64,000 nucleotides of DNA from contig CM074807.1 of assembly GCA_037447605.1 (NCBI GenBank), positions 806,001-870,000 of the forward strand, written 5' to 3'. Source of the stretch: Zygnema circumcarinatum SAG 698-1b (Eukaryota; Plantae; Zygnematophyceae). Within the stretch, counting starts at the first letter, position 1. The number at the start of each line of letters is the position of its first letter. Under the pieces are notes generated by a model that did not search any database, was not told where the DNA came from, and worked only from the letters and a program-made list of their open reading frames with translations. Position numbers and translations under genes: made by a program. This document shows, piece by piece, positions 9,161 to 22,409 of this stretch.

Positions 9161-12100
9161 ATTTGAATGGCCTTTCTGAGAGCCATGCAATGGACGATTG
9201 TACTGCTTTGGATTGAGCTTGTCTATAGTCACTTATGCATCCAATCACACATTCGTTTTTCATTTTCTTGTCTTCAAGCCTCAATGTCAACTTTCTTGGA
9301 TTGCTTGGATGCAGAAAACTTGAACTCGACATCAAATTTGCAGCATCCTGCGTTAGAAGTCATCGCAGACCTGCATGCACAGCAGCTTTTTCGTGCCCTC
9401 CCATTCCCACTTATTCAATCGCTTACACCTTGTGGCCACCTGGCCTTGGAGGCAGGAACTTCATCCAAGCTCTCAGAAGGAACTAGCGAATTTGGGACTG
9501 AGACAGATGATTTGCAGGCAACAGAGACATTGGCGGAGATTTCGTCGCTAGCATCATCATCAGCTGCTGCAACATGTCTCACTAACTCTATTTCTCATGG
9601 AGAGTGTGGCTACCTTTCGAGAGCAGGAGTGGAGGGGCTGCCAGCTTATGTGTATGTGGACTTCACTGCTGGTGAGGATCAGGAGATCTCCAGTATGATC
9701 GAGTGAGCTTAGTAGAGTACAAACCGTAGCATCTTTGCTGTTCCTATGAGCATAGAAACCTTGGCAACCTAAAACTGTGATTTAAATCCAGATATCACTT
9801 TCTGCATGCAGGCGGTTCAATGATTGGCAGTTGCTGTGCTGCATTATGGCCACGTCTTGCCGGTTCCACCTCTGCGTTTGTAGGCAAGTAGAGCCACTCC
9901 TTTTATGTCATGCTTTTGCGAAAGGCAGAGGAGGACATGGTCGCTAAGGGCAACTTTCATATAAATGGAAGCTGGGGCGTAGAATTCACATTCGCTGTTG
10001 CAATGGCTTCATGCTTCACCCTCTTTCCCTTCCCGCACATGATCTACCCTTACAACCTGTACCAACCTCGCATTATCTCAACTGTTTCTATGCTCAGATC
10101 TCAGAGCCAAATGTCAATGGGACGGCCCTGTGGAAGGCATTACCACGGGCATGACGCTGGCTGAGCTGGTAGAGAGGGGACATTCTGCAGACATCACTCT
10201 CTTTACAAGGCAAGGGCACTCTCTAGACCTGCTTCTTCCTCGTGTGTGATAGATCACAGAGTGGTAACGTCTCTCTCTCTCTCTGCCTAACTCCCTCTCT
10301 CTTGCAGGGTAGGGTTACTTGGTTGACACTCCAACTTGCTGATATCACCAGCCAGAGTCACTAAAGCAGTATGAAACCTTCTGTTTGCCTGCTACAATGT
10401 CGCAGTCACGGACAGCTAGTGCTCGGTAGAGCAGGAACGGGACTGCAGGAAGCAGAAGGGGAGGGGGGGCCACATACGCATCTATACTTCATTCCAGAAG
10501 GCTCCAGCGACGGCACAACTTCAAATTCCGTCTCGCTATGGCCATCACGTCATCCCCGCAAGTCTGCGAGTGATTTGGAGGCACTCGAGTCGACAAGTGG
10601 TCGACTGGATTCTGCTCGGGACTTTGTTGTAGCGGAAATGGGAGGGACCATCGGCCTCCACCTGACAGAGGATGCCAGGCGCCGGCTTTCGCTTCTCTAA
10701 TCAGTGGTTGCAAGTGAAGATGCTTTTTCTGGTTGTGTGACTCTGAATGCGAGGCTATCCATCTGAAAACTGGCTGGAAGTGAGCGATTACACGATGTGG
10801 GTCAGAGAGTGGCGGGAGAGGAAGAAGGAGAGGGTTAGGGAGAGGGTAAGGGGCATATGGTGCAGTGGAAGGGTGGGGAGAAGAAGATAGGAGAGAGAGG
10901 TAGGGAGGGCAGCTGCACAAATGTAAAGAACGACCTAAACGAATGAAAGTTTATGAGCAGAACGCTCCTTCTAGGCCTAACAACGCGGCTCTAAAAGCAG
11001 GGAGAGTGGGAGAGGGAGAGGGAGAGGGAGAAGGAGACTAACTATCAGGAAAGCATAGGGAGAACCACTTTTTCCTGACCCAATGGGACTATGTTTCAAT
11101 CGTAGTGATCAGGTAGGAGCAACACCAAGTAAAAATGATGAGAAACTCACTCCCAAAGTAACTGACTATGTACCTTTGGTGGCGTCGCCATCCGTGAGAT
11201 CAAGGTCAATCCACAACCCTTTGTTTGAAACGGACCAACTGCCAACAAGCAGCCAGAAACTTCTTCCATGTCTGACCCCTCGTTTTGTTCGAAAAGTCTA
11301 TAACTCAGTCAGGAAAAAATTAATCGACTAACGTATTCGTCTCGACATTCAGTTGCTGTTAACGTGAGAAAATATGGGCCCTTGGTGTCCTGTTCTAGAC
11401 CAGACCCTCTAAGTTATTTGAAGCGTGAAGTGCGGAGTAAGGAAACCCTAGTTTACTGTTGGTTAAGGGACGCCGCTGACCTTGTCTTATTCGGACTTCG
11501 CCAACAGAAAAATAATAAACAAGTCGATGTATAGAAAAGAACGAGTTGAAGACGCCGGAACGCTTCAATGCAGCCAACAGAAGCTGTCAAGGGTTACATT
11601 TTGTTGTTCATCGGCAACTCATCAGCAGTTTAGATATCGAAATAAAAACGATATATATGATTAATCATATTTATCGTTAAATCATAATAATAATATAATG
11701 ATTAATGGATCCCAGTTTCCCGAGTTCCTCGTGGTTCCTCATGCTGCTGATTTTGTCCATGTAGCCCCCCTTCACTGGCGGCTCTCTCTCTGTGAACTAC
11801 AGCTTGCGTCCCTCTATCGTAATGAGGATGCGGACCTTCATCACACCGTATTGAAAGTGGTTTTCCTTCTTTATTGAAAGTGGCTCAAACCGAAGCCTGC
11901 AACTACGCGCGTCTGCTGCTGAAGACGCTCACCGGAAGTTGGTAATGACAAGGACATTGTTTTTCTGCTGAAATTGAATCATGCCGACGACTGGATTTGG
12001 AAAATCTTCGTATCCACCAAAAATCGCTATAGAAAAGTAGCAAAACTACGCACTTTCACAACCATGTTATCAAATGTGGCGTTCAAGCCATTCTGACGAG

Positions 12101-12499
12101 GCTTCGTCCTGTGAGTCCACAGCACTTCGGCTTTTTTTCGGAACCGCAACAATAACCAGCTTTTAAGTTCTTCTTTCTTTGAAGCTGGCAGACGATACGT
12201 GGATGTAGAGCGAGCGAAACGGCAAAACAGCGAGCAGTTACACTTCTTGAGCGCAGAGGAGCTTTCATTCATAAACAAGAACATCATCGCGAGAGAACAG
12301 TCGGCATGAGACCGTTCATTTGGAAGGAGTAAGTTTTGAACTGAGCCTTTGGCGCAATCGCTTTACTCAATCCGGAAGGCTTCAGAGCAGATTGACCTCT
12401 GCAATGTCCTTGCCTTCAATACAAGCTTTTGGACTTCAGGGACAGGAATGTACAAGAGTTCCCATATAGAGAAAGAGCCAGAGAACTGGAAAAGAGAAA

Positions 12500-12507
12500 A
12501 AGAAAAG

Positions 12508-12575
<68 letters not shown>
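12500..12575. repeat. (GA)n microsatellite; similar GA/CT tracts at 17399-17458, 20340-20490, 36400-36560, 41400-41610 and 59800-60140
   Basis: Directly visible polypurine/polypyrimidine repeats. Confidence 0.95.
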
Positions 12576-12578
<3 letters not shown>

Positions 12579-12626
12579 GAGCATAAAAAGAGAGTGAGAT
12601 CGGGGCGAAGTGTTCCGGACTCATCT

Positions 12627-13746
12627 CTATGATGAGCTAAAGTCCGACAGCATATCCCCCCACCGCACATTGTACTTAGCAGCCAAATAGTGTGATCCAA
12701 TAGGCCCCCTGCTGCCATAGGGGTAAAGCTCAGGGGCTATTTTTTTCTCCTCCAGCTCCTTCAACAGAGGAGTGAAGATCTTCCATGCAGCATCCAGCTC
12801 ATCGCTGCGGATGAATAGACGCTTGTCTCCATCAACGGCATCGAGGAGCAGCCTCTCATAAGCATCAGGGAGCTCCTTCTTGTACCTGCAAGGAGGGAAT
12901 ATGATGATTCACCATTTCGCCACTCTACGCATGGCTTACCGTAGCCGTTCACTCTTTGTGCGTCCATAGTTTCAAATGTTTTAGGGTTTACGAGGTCAGC
13001 ATGAATCAATCAGAGTATAGCTGATTCTTCAGTTTGGACTGACTGAACATAACAATCCTGTGGGAAAAGCTTCCCCAGAGAAAATCAGTTTAGAGAGCTC
13101 ACTTATCAAAATATTGTAGGTGAAGATTGCTGCGATCAAGACGCATCCCGAGTCCTGGAACCTTGTTATTGATCTTTAAATAGATGGCTTCATCAGGTTG
13201 AAGCCGAATGACGAGCTCATTAGTTGCCTGGTCCAAATCAGTACCAAACCGGCTCCTGTAAAGGTTGCCAGGGACGTTGCGGAACTGTACCCTGATCTCA
13301 GCCCTGCAATCCTTCCCCGAAACGACTGAGAAGTGAGAAGTGAAATTTTGTGAGGACGGGAAGCTACCTTCTCAATCCTACAGAAAGGATTGGCAGATAT
13401 GCATCCTTAATGCCAACTCTCATTGGTTCAGCAATTGAGAGAAGTGCAGTACCTCAGAGAGTTCTTAATGTCTACACTACTCCTAGTATTAGTGTATTTC
13501 ACAGATACTGTACCTTTTTGTGTGCAAGGCTTTGCCAGCCTTCATGAGGAAGGGCACTCCGTCCCAGCGAGCATTGTCGATGTGAAGGGCAGCAGCTGCA
13601 AAAGTTGGAGTCAAACTGTTCTTGGGAACTGTAGGGTCATCAATATAAGCTGGATAACTGCAGCCTCCCTTGGTGGTGTGAGATTTGTATTGCCCGGTGA
13701 CCACACCTCCCAACTTCAACACCTTCAAGCTCCGAAGAACCTTCAC
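12627..13746 (-). pseudogene. G6PD: 3' three exons of a plastid-type glucose-6-phosphate dehydrogenase; 5' exons not found
   Basis: Exons 13746-13514, 13303-13103 and 12885-12627 encode [76 protein letters not shown] and [27 protein letters not shown]. No upstream exon such as DIMQNHLL was seen at 13750-15800. Confidence 0.8.
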
Positions 13747-13901
13747 CTGCGTGTCCAAAAGCAGAAAAGATTATCATTAAAACATCCCTGTTAAATGGCG
13801 GATTTTTCGTATCAACCACATGGCGACAGATTCTTTAACAAGTACGCGTCATTGGCCTTCACAGTGTGAACTAGTTGTGAGTGTAATCTCGGCATTTGCA
13901 G

Positions 13902-13968
13902 GCGACACTTTGTGAAGTCCTTGGAACCATTTGTCAAATGGCTTGAAGAGGCGGAAGAAGAAGATTAA
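13902..13968 (+). pseudogene. Isolated last exon of a BZW/5MP (eIF5-mimic, W2 domain) gene
   Basis: After the acceptor tttgcag the frame reads RHFVKSLEPFVKWLEEAEEED*, the typical BZW C-terminus. No preceding exons were recognised. Confidence 0.7.
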
Positions 13969-15864
13969 AAGCTTACAAGGGCAGCTCCTGAAGCTTTCAG
14001 GTGGCCCGCCCCGTTCGTCCACTTTGACTCTGAAGGCGTTGCTCATGTTCCGCCATTTTTTGCAAAGGCTCACTCTCCCCATTTATCGCTTCACTGGTTT
14101 TAATCTAATGCATGGCAATCACTGGGGAAATCTCTTGGTCATCTGGTTTTAAAGTGTGCACAGATCAACTGCCATGCAAACACTCTTGTGGATCGATTGA
14201 ACACAAGGGTTCAATGCCTGGGCGAACAACTGATGCGTGTAATGTAGACCGTGTAGGGAGGGTCGGCGGGTCTGTGAGAGATGGAGGTTTGGTATTTAAG
14301 AATCTCTGTTGAAACTTGAATGTCTGGCACTGATGCCTTTTATGCTAAAGAGGATTGTCATCGTTATCTAAACTGAGGTCGTTTCCAGATACATGTCCCT
14401 TCCTGTAACGTATTCGCTACTCCCCTGTGCTTCAAGCAGGGAGGGGAGTTTCTGGGCACAAGGAATCCTGTTGGTCCGCGTGAAATCAGCAGCAGAGTCC
14501 CCAATGTGACTCTTTTACTTTTGGGTAACGAAGCATCCATGTCCCTGTCAGTAACGTCGACATCTGGACCAAACACCGGTTGTTGTCCGGTCCGTTAATC
14601 GACCATTGGTTTGAGATGTTATGGTCAAAGCGATCTCATTTTCTGGGTGGCTTTGAATGTTTATAGAAACTGAAACTGTTAAGTGAGCAAGTCGCTCTTG
14701 CTCAGTGAGCGGACTGCGCTGTTGGCCATGTCGTGTGGGCACACTACTTGTGAGCCTCCTCTTGCCATGGAGGTCACAGAAATGACATAGACCGCTTCAT
14801 CTGCTCACCAACATGATATGTGCGCTAGTACAGAGTGCGGAACAAACTGGTTTCGATGGTATTATTTTTCGACTTTTGATCGCCTTCTTCATTCATGCGA
14901 CAGCGGGTTTGAGAATGGCTATGCATAATCAAGAACAAGAAAAGTAAAAAGTTGCAATCGAAATGCAAGAGTAGCAGAGCATTGCCCTCCAAAACAGCTG
15001 TGACCATCTCTCCCCGTGAAGGTCGACTAATTGTAACTGAAACCGTGTTACGCTCAAGCGTATGCATTGAGTGGGTATCTTTCTGTCCATTGCGGCCCTG
15101 CTTGCCTACTGCATATTGATTAAGTGAAAAAGAAAAGAAATGGGAAAAAAAAAGTGATGACTGTGAACGGGAGCGCAGTTGAACGCCTTCGACTGCGACC
15201 GGCGGTGAAGGCCGTTAGTTTAATTTATAATGCAATACACGGGCTTCTTGTCTAAACTGTAATCATGATTACGAAGCAAGGCCTCACAAAAGAGCGAACT
15301 GAAAGATCACAATTAAAGAAAGTCATAATTAAAAAAAAAAAAGGAAAAAAATGATTTTATTTTTTTCTTAATCGTGACTTCAGTATTAGTACTACAATAC
15401 CTTTTCAAAACAGTCGTTACACGAAGGTCTTCAATGATAGCTGAAATCCTTTTAGCCACCAAACCCCAAAGACTAGAATGGACAGAGAGGACTGCAACGC
15501 AAGCTTTCTGGGCAGGATTTCTCAAGGAGCCATGATAGCTGAAACCCTTATAACCAACCACCAAACCCCAAAAAACGGAGAGGTTTCCAACCACCATGAC
15601 AAAGAAGACTGTAGTGAAAGCTTCCTCGACAAGAGTCATCATGAGGTACCTCCATGATGAAACTTGCAAAGTAAGCCTGCCATGCAGGCTCCCCGCAGAA
15701 CATCATTGGAATATTTAATCTATATATTTAATTCTTATTTTGAAAATAACATCGTGGGAGAATGCTGCCATGCTCACTTTTTTCCCACTCAAGCCGGCTA
15801 CAAAGGTCCGTACAAACGTCGTACGGCCACAGCTTCGAGGAAAGTCGAACTATTGTAACATAAA

Positions 15865-17008
15865 ACAGCTGATTTGATTTTAGCTTCTTCACAATCCAAA
15901 GTCTCAAACATCTCTTACTACTTATATGTCGACTGTTAAGAGTAGTGTGGTAAAGGGGGGATAGTAGGCCTTCTTCAATGAAGGCTAGGAACTGACGTCA
16001 AAAGAACTAGCCTATGCTGAGCGCTCCAGTGCAAAAAAAAGAATTTTTGAAACCATTTCTGCAAAACAAACTAATTTTTCTATCCTGTGCTATGGTTTGA
16101 AGTAATGCGGAACACTAATTCACGGCAGCACTTTGAGCCCTGGTCTTTTCGTTATTACACAACCCTAAAAAAAGCAACCCTTAACCCTTTCCGGGAAGTT
16201 CTCACATAATTGAACTTAATGACATAGAGTGGAGACAATGTACGAGTACATTCCTGGTACATCTTGGCACATGTCAGCACCGACGACTTGTAGCTAACAT
16301 ATGTGATTGCAGTATCGGGTATGTTTTAATTTTGAATGTCACCAGTACTTTTGCCTTTTTTGTTCCTGTTTAGCGTTTTGACCCATGCCAATGCGTTCCT
16401 TTGGGCCCGTTCCGTGAACATGCATGTATGTACAGTATGTATGTATGTATGTATGTATGTATGTATGTATGTATGTATGTATGTATGTATGTATGTATGT
16501 ATATATGTATGCATGTATAAATGCATGCATGATGTATGTACGCATGTACGCATGCATGCATGCATGCAATGCCCACGCGATGGATCGCATGAAGAAGGTT
16601 TTGGCTTTGGCGTTTTGTGTTTGTGTTTCTGTTTGTGTCGGAGTCATGGACCAGATGGTACGGACCACCGTCGACGGAGTGGTTGACTGCGTGCTTCAAC
16701 TCACAGGAGACTGTACAGTACGTGAATGGTACATTGTCTGTACGGTTTCCTTACGAGATATGTACGAAATTCTGTTAGGTAAATTAAGATTTGTCCAATG
16801 GCCCATATTTTCTGCTTTCTGAAGTGATGCTTTCCTCCTTCAAGAGTCACTTCTTGATGGCAGCAAGCATTTCAGAATATATTTTTGCCGTTTTTTTTTT
16901 CTATTGTAGGAATATGATGTGTTTTTAATAACTGAAATATAAATTTTAACCAAAGCAGGCCTTGGATCAGACAATTTCTATATTTGTTGGTGATCTTGCT
17001 GGTCCAAG
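15865..17008 (+). repeat. ~1.14-kb direct repeat, copy 2, immediately upstream of the ataxin-3 gene; contains an expanded (TATG)n
   Basis: Matches 4233-5291; (tatg)n at ~16434-16500. Confidence 0.95.
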
Positions 17009-17111
17009 AGATAGACATTCAAATTCCGGCTTCCTCTTCCTGCAGAAATGGATTGCTGCAGGAAAGGACCAATTCAATATATTTGACATTTCCACACATC
17101 ATATAAAAAGC

Positions 17112-17393
17112 ATGGAAACGAGCTCCTTCTCTCCTGTTTATCTCTATCACGAGTCGCAAGTCGCCTCTCTCTGCGGAGTGCATTGCTTGAACACTCTCCT
17201 CCAAGGGCCCTTCTTCACTGAGGTGGACCTGGCAGCCATGGCTCAGGCTCTGGACAACAAGGAGAGGGAGGTGATGATGGAGAGCGGCGTGGAGTCTGCC
17301 GAATTTTTCCGATATATGTCCGAAGTCTCAGGAAATGTGGCAGCAGATGGAAACTTCAGCATTCAGGTAAAATATTGCAGTTGTAGAAGAAAT

Positions 17394-17460
<67 letters not shown>

Positions 17461-20313
17461 CCTGAACAAAATTTCTGCGGGAGCGTCAGCTAGTCATTGA
17501 TGATGTTAATCTGCCTGTGCAGCTGGATGTTGAACAAAGGTTTTTATTTGGAGGGAGGGGGGTGTTGCTGATGTGTACATTTCTTGCTGAACTTTAGGGT
17601 TTGAAGGGATAAAGAAACTGCCCCTGCATAATTACTCTCGAGATGTGCAATTCTGAAACTTGAGAAAACAACCGTATTATTTGATGTTGTAATTCCACTG
17701 AGTAAACACGTTTGATTGCTGAAGTTGTGAGAAGCTCTTTTTTATGTGGTGATGGACTGTTTAAAGTTGATGGAAGGAAACGATCACTTTTTATGTTAAA
17801 AAAACCAATTATCTGTCGTATTTCTTAGCAGCCAATAGTTATTTGGTGTCCAGTACTCGACCCTAAACTTTTCGGGATTAACAGTTTCAAAATGTTAAGT
17901 TTGAATACTTCTCAAAATATTGAGTGTCGAGTTTGTACTTTCTTGGATTAATTGTGTTTGTTACATTGTACTCCCCAAGGAAAATGCCGTGCCTTTGATG
18001 CACTCTTGATGCCGAGGAGTGTTGGGAGGAGAAGCACTGTTGTAACTACAGAATAAGACGAAGAAGTAGCATGTCAGTGAATTTAATTGCAGCCACTCGA
18101 ATGCACCTTCACAATTTTTCTTTTCTCAATTCGACCTATGGGCCAAGAAATCATACAAAAGCAACAGAATTTGAGGAAGTTCAACCTTTTTCTCGTTTTT
18201 TGTATGTGAAATACTCAGTTATCGTGATGTTCCTCGATATGTTGTTGTTGTTGTTGTTGTTGTTTCGATATGTTGCTTGACATATTATATCCTCAGTGTA
18301 TGAAGAGCTGCAGGTTGTTATAGGTTGTTGACCACGAACTTCTCCCTTTTTCTGTGCGTTTGGCTGAAGGTGCTCAGCCAAGCCCTGCAGATCTGGGGGC
18401 TCACTTGCTTGCCAGTCGACTCCCCAGAAGCTACAGATGCTGCTTTCAATCCCCAATGCGAGCAGGCATTCCTCTGCCATCTGCAGGTATTGTATACTCC
18501 AGGCTGCTTCTTTACGCCTTTGATGTGCTACTATTGCTATTATTGATAGTTTGAATCTGAAAATGCGGTTTATAGGAAAAAGCTCTCCACTATGCAATGC
18601 ATAGTATGAACCAAAGGGAAGGCCGCTGCTTCGAGTGTTTTACGCAGGAAAAACGGATTTTTTCCTTGGAAGTAGATAAGTCGCTGGCCAAGCTTTGTGA
18701 TGCCTGCTACTTGGGTCGTTAGCTTGATGATGTAGAACTCTTTCAGCCCTGTTGTTGGGTTTTGTGCGGCTCCTTAGAATTTTTGAAGTGCTTTGGAATG
18801 ATTTCCTTGCCTCCAAACTAGTTGTGCTGCTGAATTCAAAGCATTGTTCGAAGCATTCTAAGCATTGTTTGTTTCTGTTGCAGGCTCACTGGTTCACTAT
18901 TCGTAAGGTTCGTGGAGAGTGGTACAACTTCAACAGCCTCTATGCTGCTCCGGAGCATCTTACTCAGGTTGACTTCCTTGTGGCAATCTCATTCATGCTA
19001 TATAGATCATTCATCCGATGCCATCTACGAGTCTTAAACCTAAAAACTATGGATTTTACGAAGCTCAAAACTAAACATTTTAGCTTTTGTTTACGAAGCT
19101 CAAAGTTAACCCATAACACCGACAACCCTGTACCATCTCGTGGCTGCGATGCAGTTTTATCTCAGTGCTTACTTGTCGACACTGAAGAGTGCAGGATGGA
19201 CCATATTCACTGTGAGAGGGGACCTTCCCTCCCAGTCCTCCATGAACTTTGACCTCACAGGGACATATGGGAGATGGCTCACTCCTGAAGAAGCCAAAGC
19301 CCTGCGAGCCATGGCCTCTATAGGAGGGCAGGAGAGCAGCAGAGAGAGTGGTGGGTCAGGGGAAACAGGGGAGGATGACTTATCTCTGGCCATATCTGCA
19401 AGTCTTGCTGACTCGAGGAGAGCAGTGGGAGGGCAGAGTTCGGGTCCTTTGTATGAAGAAGCTGACATTGCAGCAGCTATTGCTGCAAGTTTGGAAGAGA
19501 GTAGGAAGGATGCCTCGCATGGAGCTATAAGGAGGACGTGTAGTACTGGTAGTGAGAGTGGTAGTGTGAGGGAAGGGTCGAAGTTGAGTAGCGATAGGGG
19601 GGTGGTTGCAACAGAGGAGCAGTCGAAGAGTGTGATAAAGGAGAGTGCTGGTGAAAGGAAAGAGAATGGGGTATTACCACAGACAGAGGAGGGGCTTGCA
19701 AGAGGGGAGACGGATGAGAGAGAGGCTTCAAGAGTGGGAGGCGAGGTGGGAGAGGGAGAAAGAAACGGCGAAAAGGAGGTGAACTCCGTTGCTCCTACAG
19801 AGGGGGAATGCGTGAACCAAGCGACAGGTGTCGACGAGGGGGAGCCGCCACGTGGCAGCGATGGGGTTCTTTCATTGGCTCTGAGGCTGCCAAGTGGCCG
19901 CGTGGTGAAGCGGCGGTTCTATGCAACCGCAACGGTTGGTTCAGTGATACGTTTTTGCCAAACACAGGGAGTCCAAACCGACGGTTTCGGGATATCGGAA
20001 ACTGCTCCGGGAGCAAAGGTGAGGTTTTGTTTCTGTCATTTTTTAGTTTTTTTTCTCATGTTTTGATCGTAGAGCTTCTTTTTTCATGATGTTTCTTCTT
20101 TCTTCCGAGGGGCTGGAGACTGACACCTTTCTCGTATACCCTGGTAAGCTAAAGTTACCAGAAGCTGAACCCTGGACATTTGGGTTGTAGGGTTCTTAGG
20201 GCGTGTTTCTGATAGTGGGAGTGGTAAGTTTGCAGATCTTTGCAGACGAGAGCTGCAGTCTGCATGACGTGGGCATCCAGAACATGTCCCTCCTCCAGGT
20301 CAAGCGAAGGTGA
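17112..20313 (+). CDS. ATXN3: Ataxin-3 homolog: Josephin deubiquitinase with two UIMs and a C-terminal UBX-like domain (5 exons)
   Basis: Exons 17112-17366, 18370-18486, 18884-18967, 19155-20018, 20236-20313. Josephin motifs YHESQVASLCGVHCLN, HWFTIRK and WYNFNSL. UIMs EDDLSLAISASL and EADIAAAIAASLEES. UBX-like LALRLPSGRVVKRRFYATATV..SLHDVGI. Confidence 0.9.
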
Positions 20314-20354
20314 AGTCTGTACAGACCGCAGGCAGACAGGAGGCTGAAAAAGGT

Positions 20355-20389
<35 letters not shown>

Positions 20390-22165
20390 TGGAAGAAGAG
20401 AGAGAGGAGGAGAGAGGAGTGAGAGGGAGAGGGAGAGAGGAGAGAGAGAGGAGGAGAGAGAGAAGAGAGAGAGAGAGAGAGAGGGGAGAGGGGTCAACCG
20501 GTTGGGTCAGGTCAGGGGCACGGAAAGTGTAACTGAATCAGGCAGTTGGGTATCGAGAGGGGATGATCGGTATTACCATCATCTGCAGAGACTTTAAGCC
20601 TGAAGCCCTAAACCAGGGTCTTGTTAATTGTTTAGGGTTACGGCAGTACTGTCAAAATTCTAAGCGAACAGTTTGGTCCGAATTTTGTATGCATTTGAAT
20701 GTTCAGTGATGAGCAAATTACTAGAGTTAGGTTTAGATTAGAATAAGGGTCACTTTTCGATTAAGAAAGCGTTTAAACATGGTCTTTGCCTTCAAGGTCT
20801 AAAGGTGGAGATTAGCTTGAAAAAGAAAGGTAGGCATCAAGAATGCAGGGACCGCGGTGTACTGCGCTTAGCAAGAATGAAATAAACGGAGGGAGACAAA
20901 GGGAGGGGAGGGCGAATGATGAGGAAGAGATAAAAAGTAATTGCATTGCAAAGACTGGCGCAAGTCAAGGAGGGACAGAGACAGCGTGGGAGAGAGAGAG
21001 GGAGAGGATGAAGGGAGTCAAAAGGGCACAGAGGGNNNNNNNNNNAGGGAGGCGGGGGGAGGAGGGAGGCGGGGGGAGGGGGGAGGGGGAGCTTCCGCAC
21101 CTTATCAGCCATGGCAGCAGCGCAGCTCCGTCAGTCAGAGAGTGGAGTGAGGTCGAAAAGACGAAGCGCGGAAACGTGCCCCTCAAGCTAGCCGTCCATT
21201 TGATGAAGTGGGCAGCGCTGATGCATACGCCACCAAACAGCAAACCCGGGTTTCTATTGTACAAACTGACGTCATCTGAAGGGATGTTTTTGTGCTGGCG
21301 TCATAAACATAAACATGAACATGAATGCCAGCCACAGGTTGGTGTTAGCATTCACGGTCCCAAGGACAGAGAGAAGGCGACGGCTTCGAAGTCCTTCCGA
21401 GGGGGAGAGACAGGGCCTCGTGGGGGTCCTCGCGGTGCCCCATGCGGGTTTTGTCGATGCTTATTATCGTGAGACCAATGCAAATATATCCTTTATGTTG
21501 AGAGTGTCTCAAGACACGATATTAAAATGATTAGTTATTAAAATTTAGAGTGTGGCATCCGCCACGCAGGACCGCTTTACCTGTTTTGTGAGGTTAATAA
21601 AGACGAGGAAGGAGGCATGGTCAAGAAGGAGGCATGGTCAAGTAGAAGGCTGAAGAGAGCTCTCAGCTCTGTGGAAATGACTTGAGCAGATTGAGATTTC
21701 ATTTTCCGTGGGGGACTCTCTGTTGGCAATGATTCAACATTGAACGGGTTGCACTTACAGCCTTCATGCAATCGTTTATCGCAAGCTCAGATAGCACCGA
21801 AGCATTTTTAGCTAAACCTGCCAAAATCGGGAAAAAACGTTTTCCAAACGTGTTGCACTTACAACAGGCAGTCATTCACAGTTCTGAAAGACATAGATTG
21901 CGATACAATTCTGAACATTTGAACGCACAAAAGGAAGACAATGTTTTCCTTTTGCACGAGGAGGCATGTCCTTCCTTCATTCCTTGACAGCAAGGCGGGG
22001 AGTGTGTGTAGGGCATTGTCCACTGTGGAGCTCGTTGAGCTGGACAAACTTGCAATGGTGTCTATCTCCTCTTCGGCCATGTTTGTGCCGTTTACCCTCC
22101 TTAAGTCGTTATTGTCAGCATCTAGTCGACTAGCCTGAAGTCAGTGTCCTGGTCTCATCACACAG

Positions 22166-22409
22166 GTTGACAAAGTGACAGCTTTGGCGGCAAAATTTTC
22201 CAAAGATCCGCTCAAGTTCGTGTGGGCTGACGCTGCGAAGCACCCCCAAACTGAAGGCTATGCTTGTCCAGGAGGGTGTGGAGGGAGGGCAGAGTGGCCC
22301 TCTCACAGCCATTCTCAATCCAAAGCGGCGCAAATTTGCTCTGCATGCAGGTCTGAATGGTCTGGAAGCCATGCTGGACAGGGCCCTGGGAGGGGATTTG
22401 GATGAGTGA
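22166..22409 (+). pseudogene. Frameshifted thioredoxin-fold exon (PDI P5/PDIA6 or DnaJ-associated b-type domain)
   Basis: LAAKFSKDPLKFVWADAAKHP continues after a +1 frameshift in a C5 run (~22243) as KLKAM..LNPKRRKFALHAG..LDRALGG. A possible preceding exon lies at ~21990-22059. Confidence 0.55.

Noticed and set aside
11083-11331. 82-aa ORF starting MGLCF (myristoylation-like)
   Set aside because: Short, with no recognised domain and no other support.
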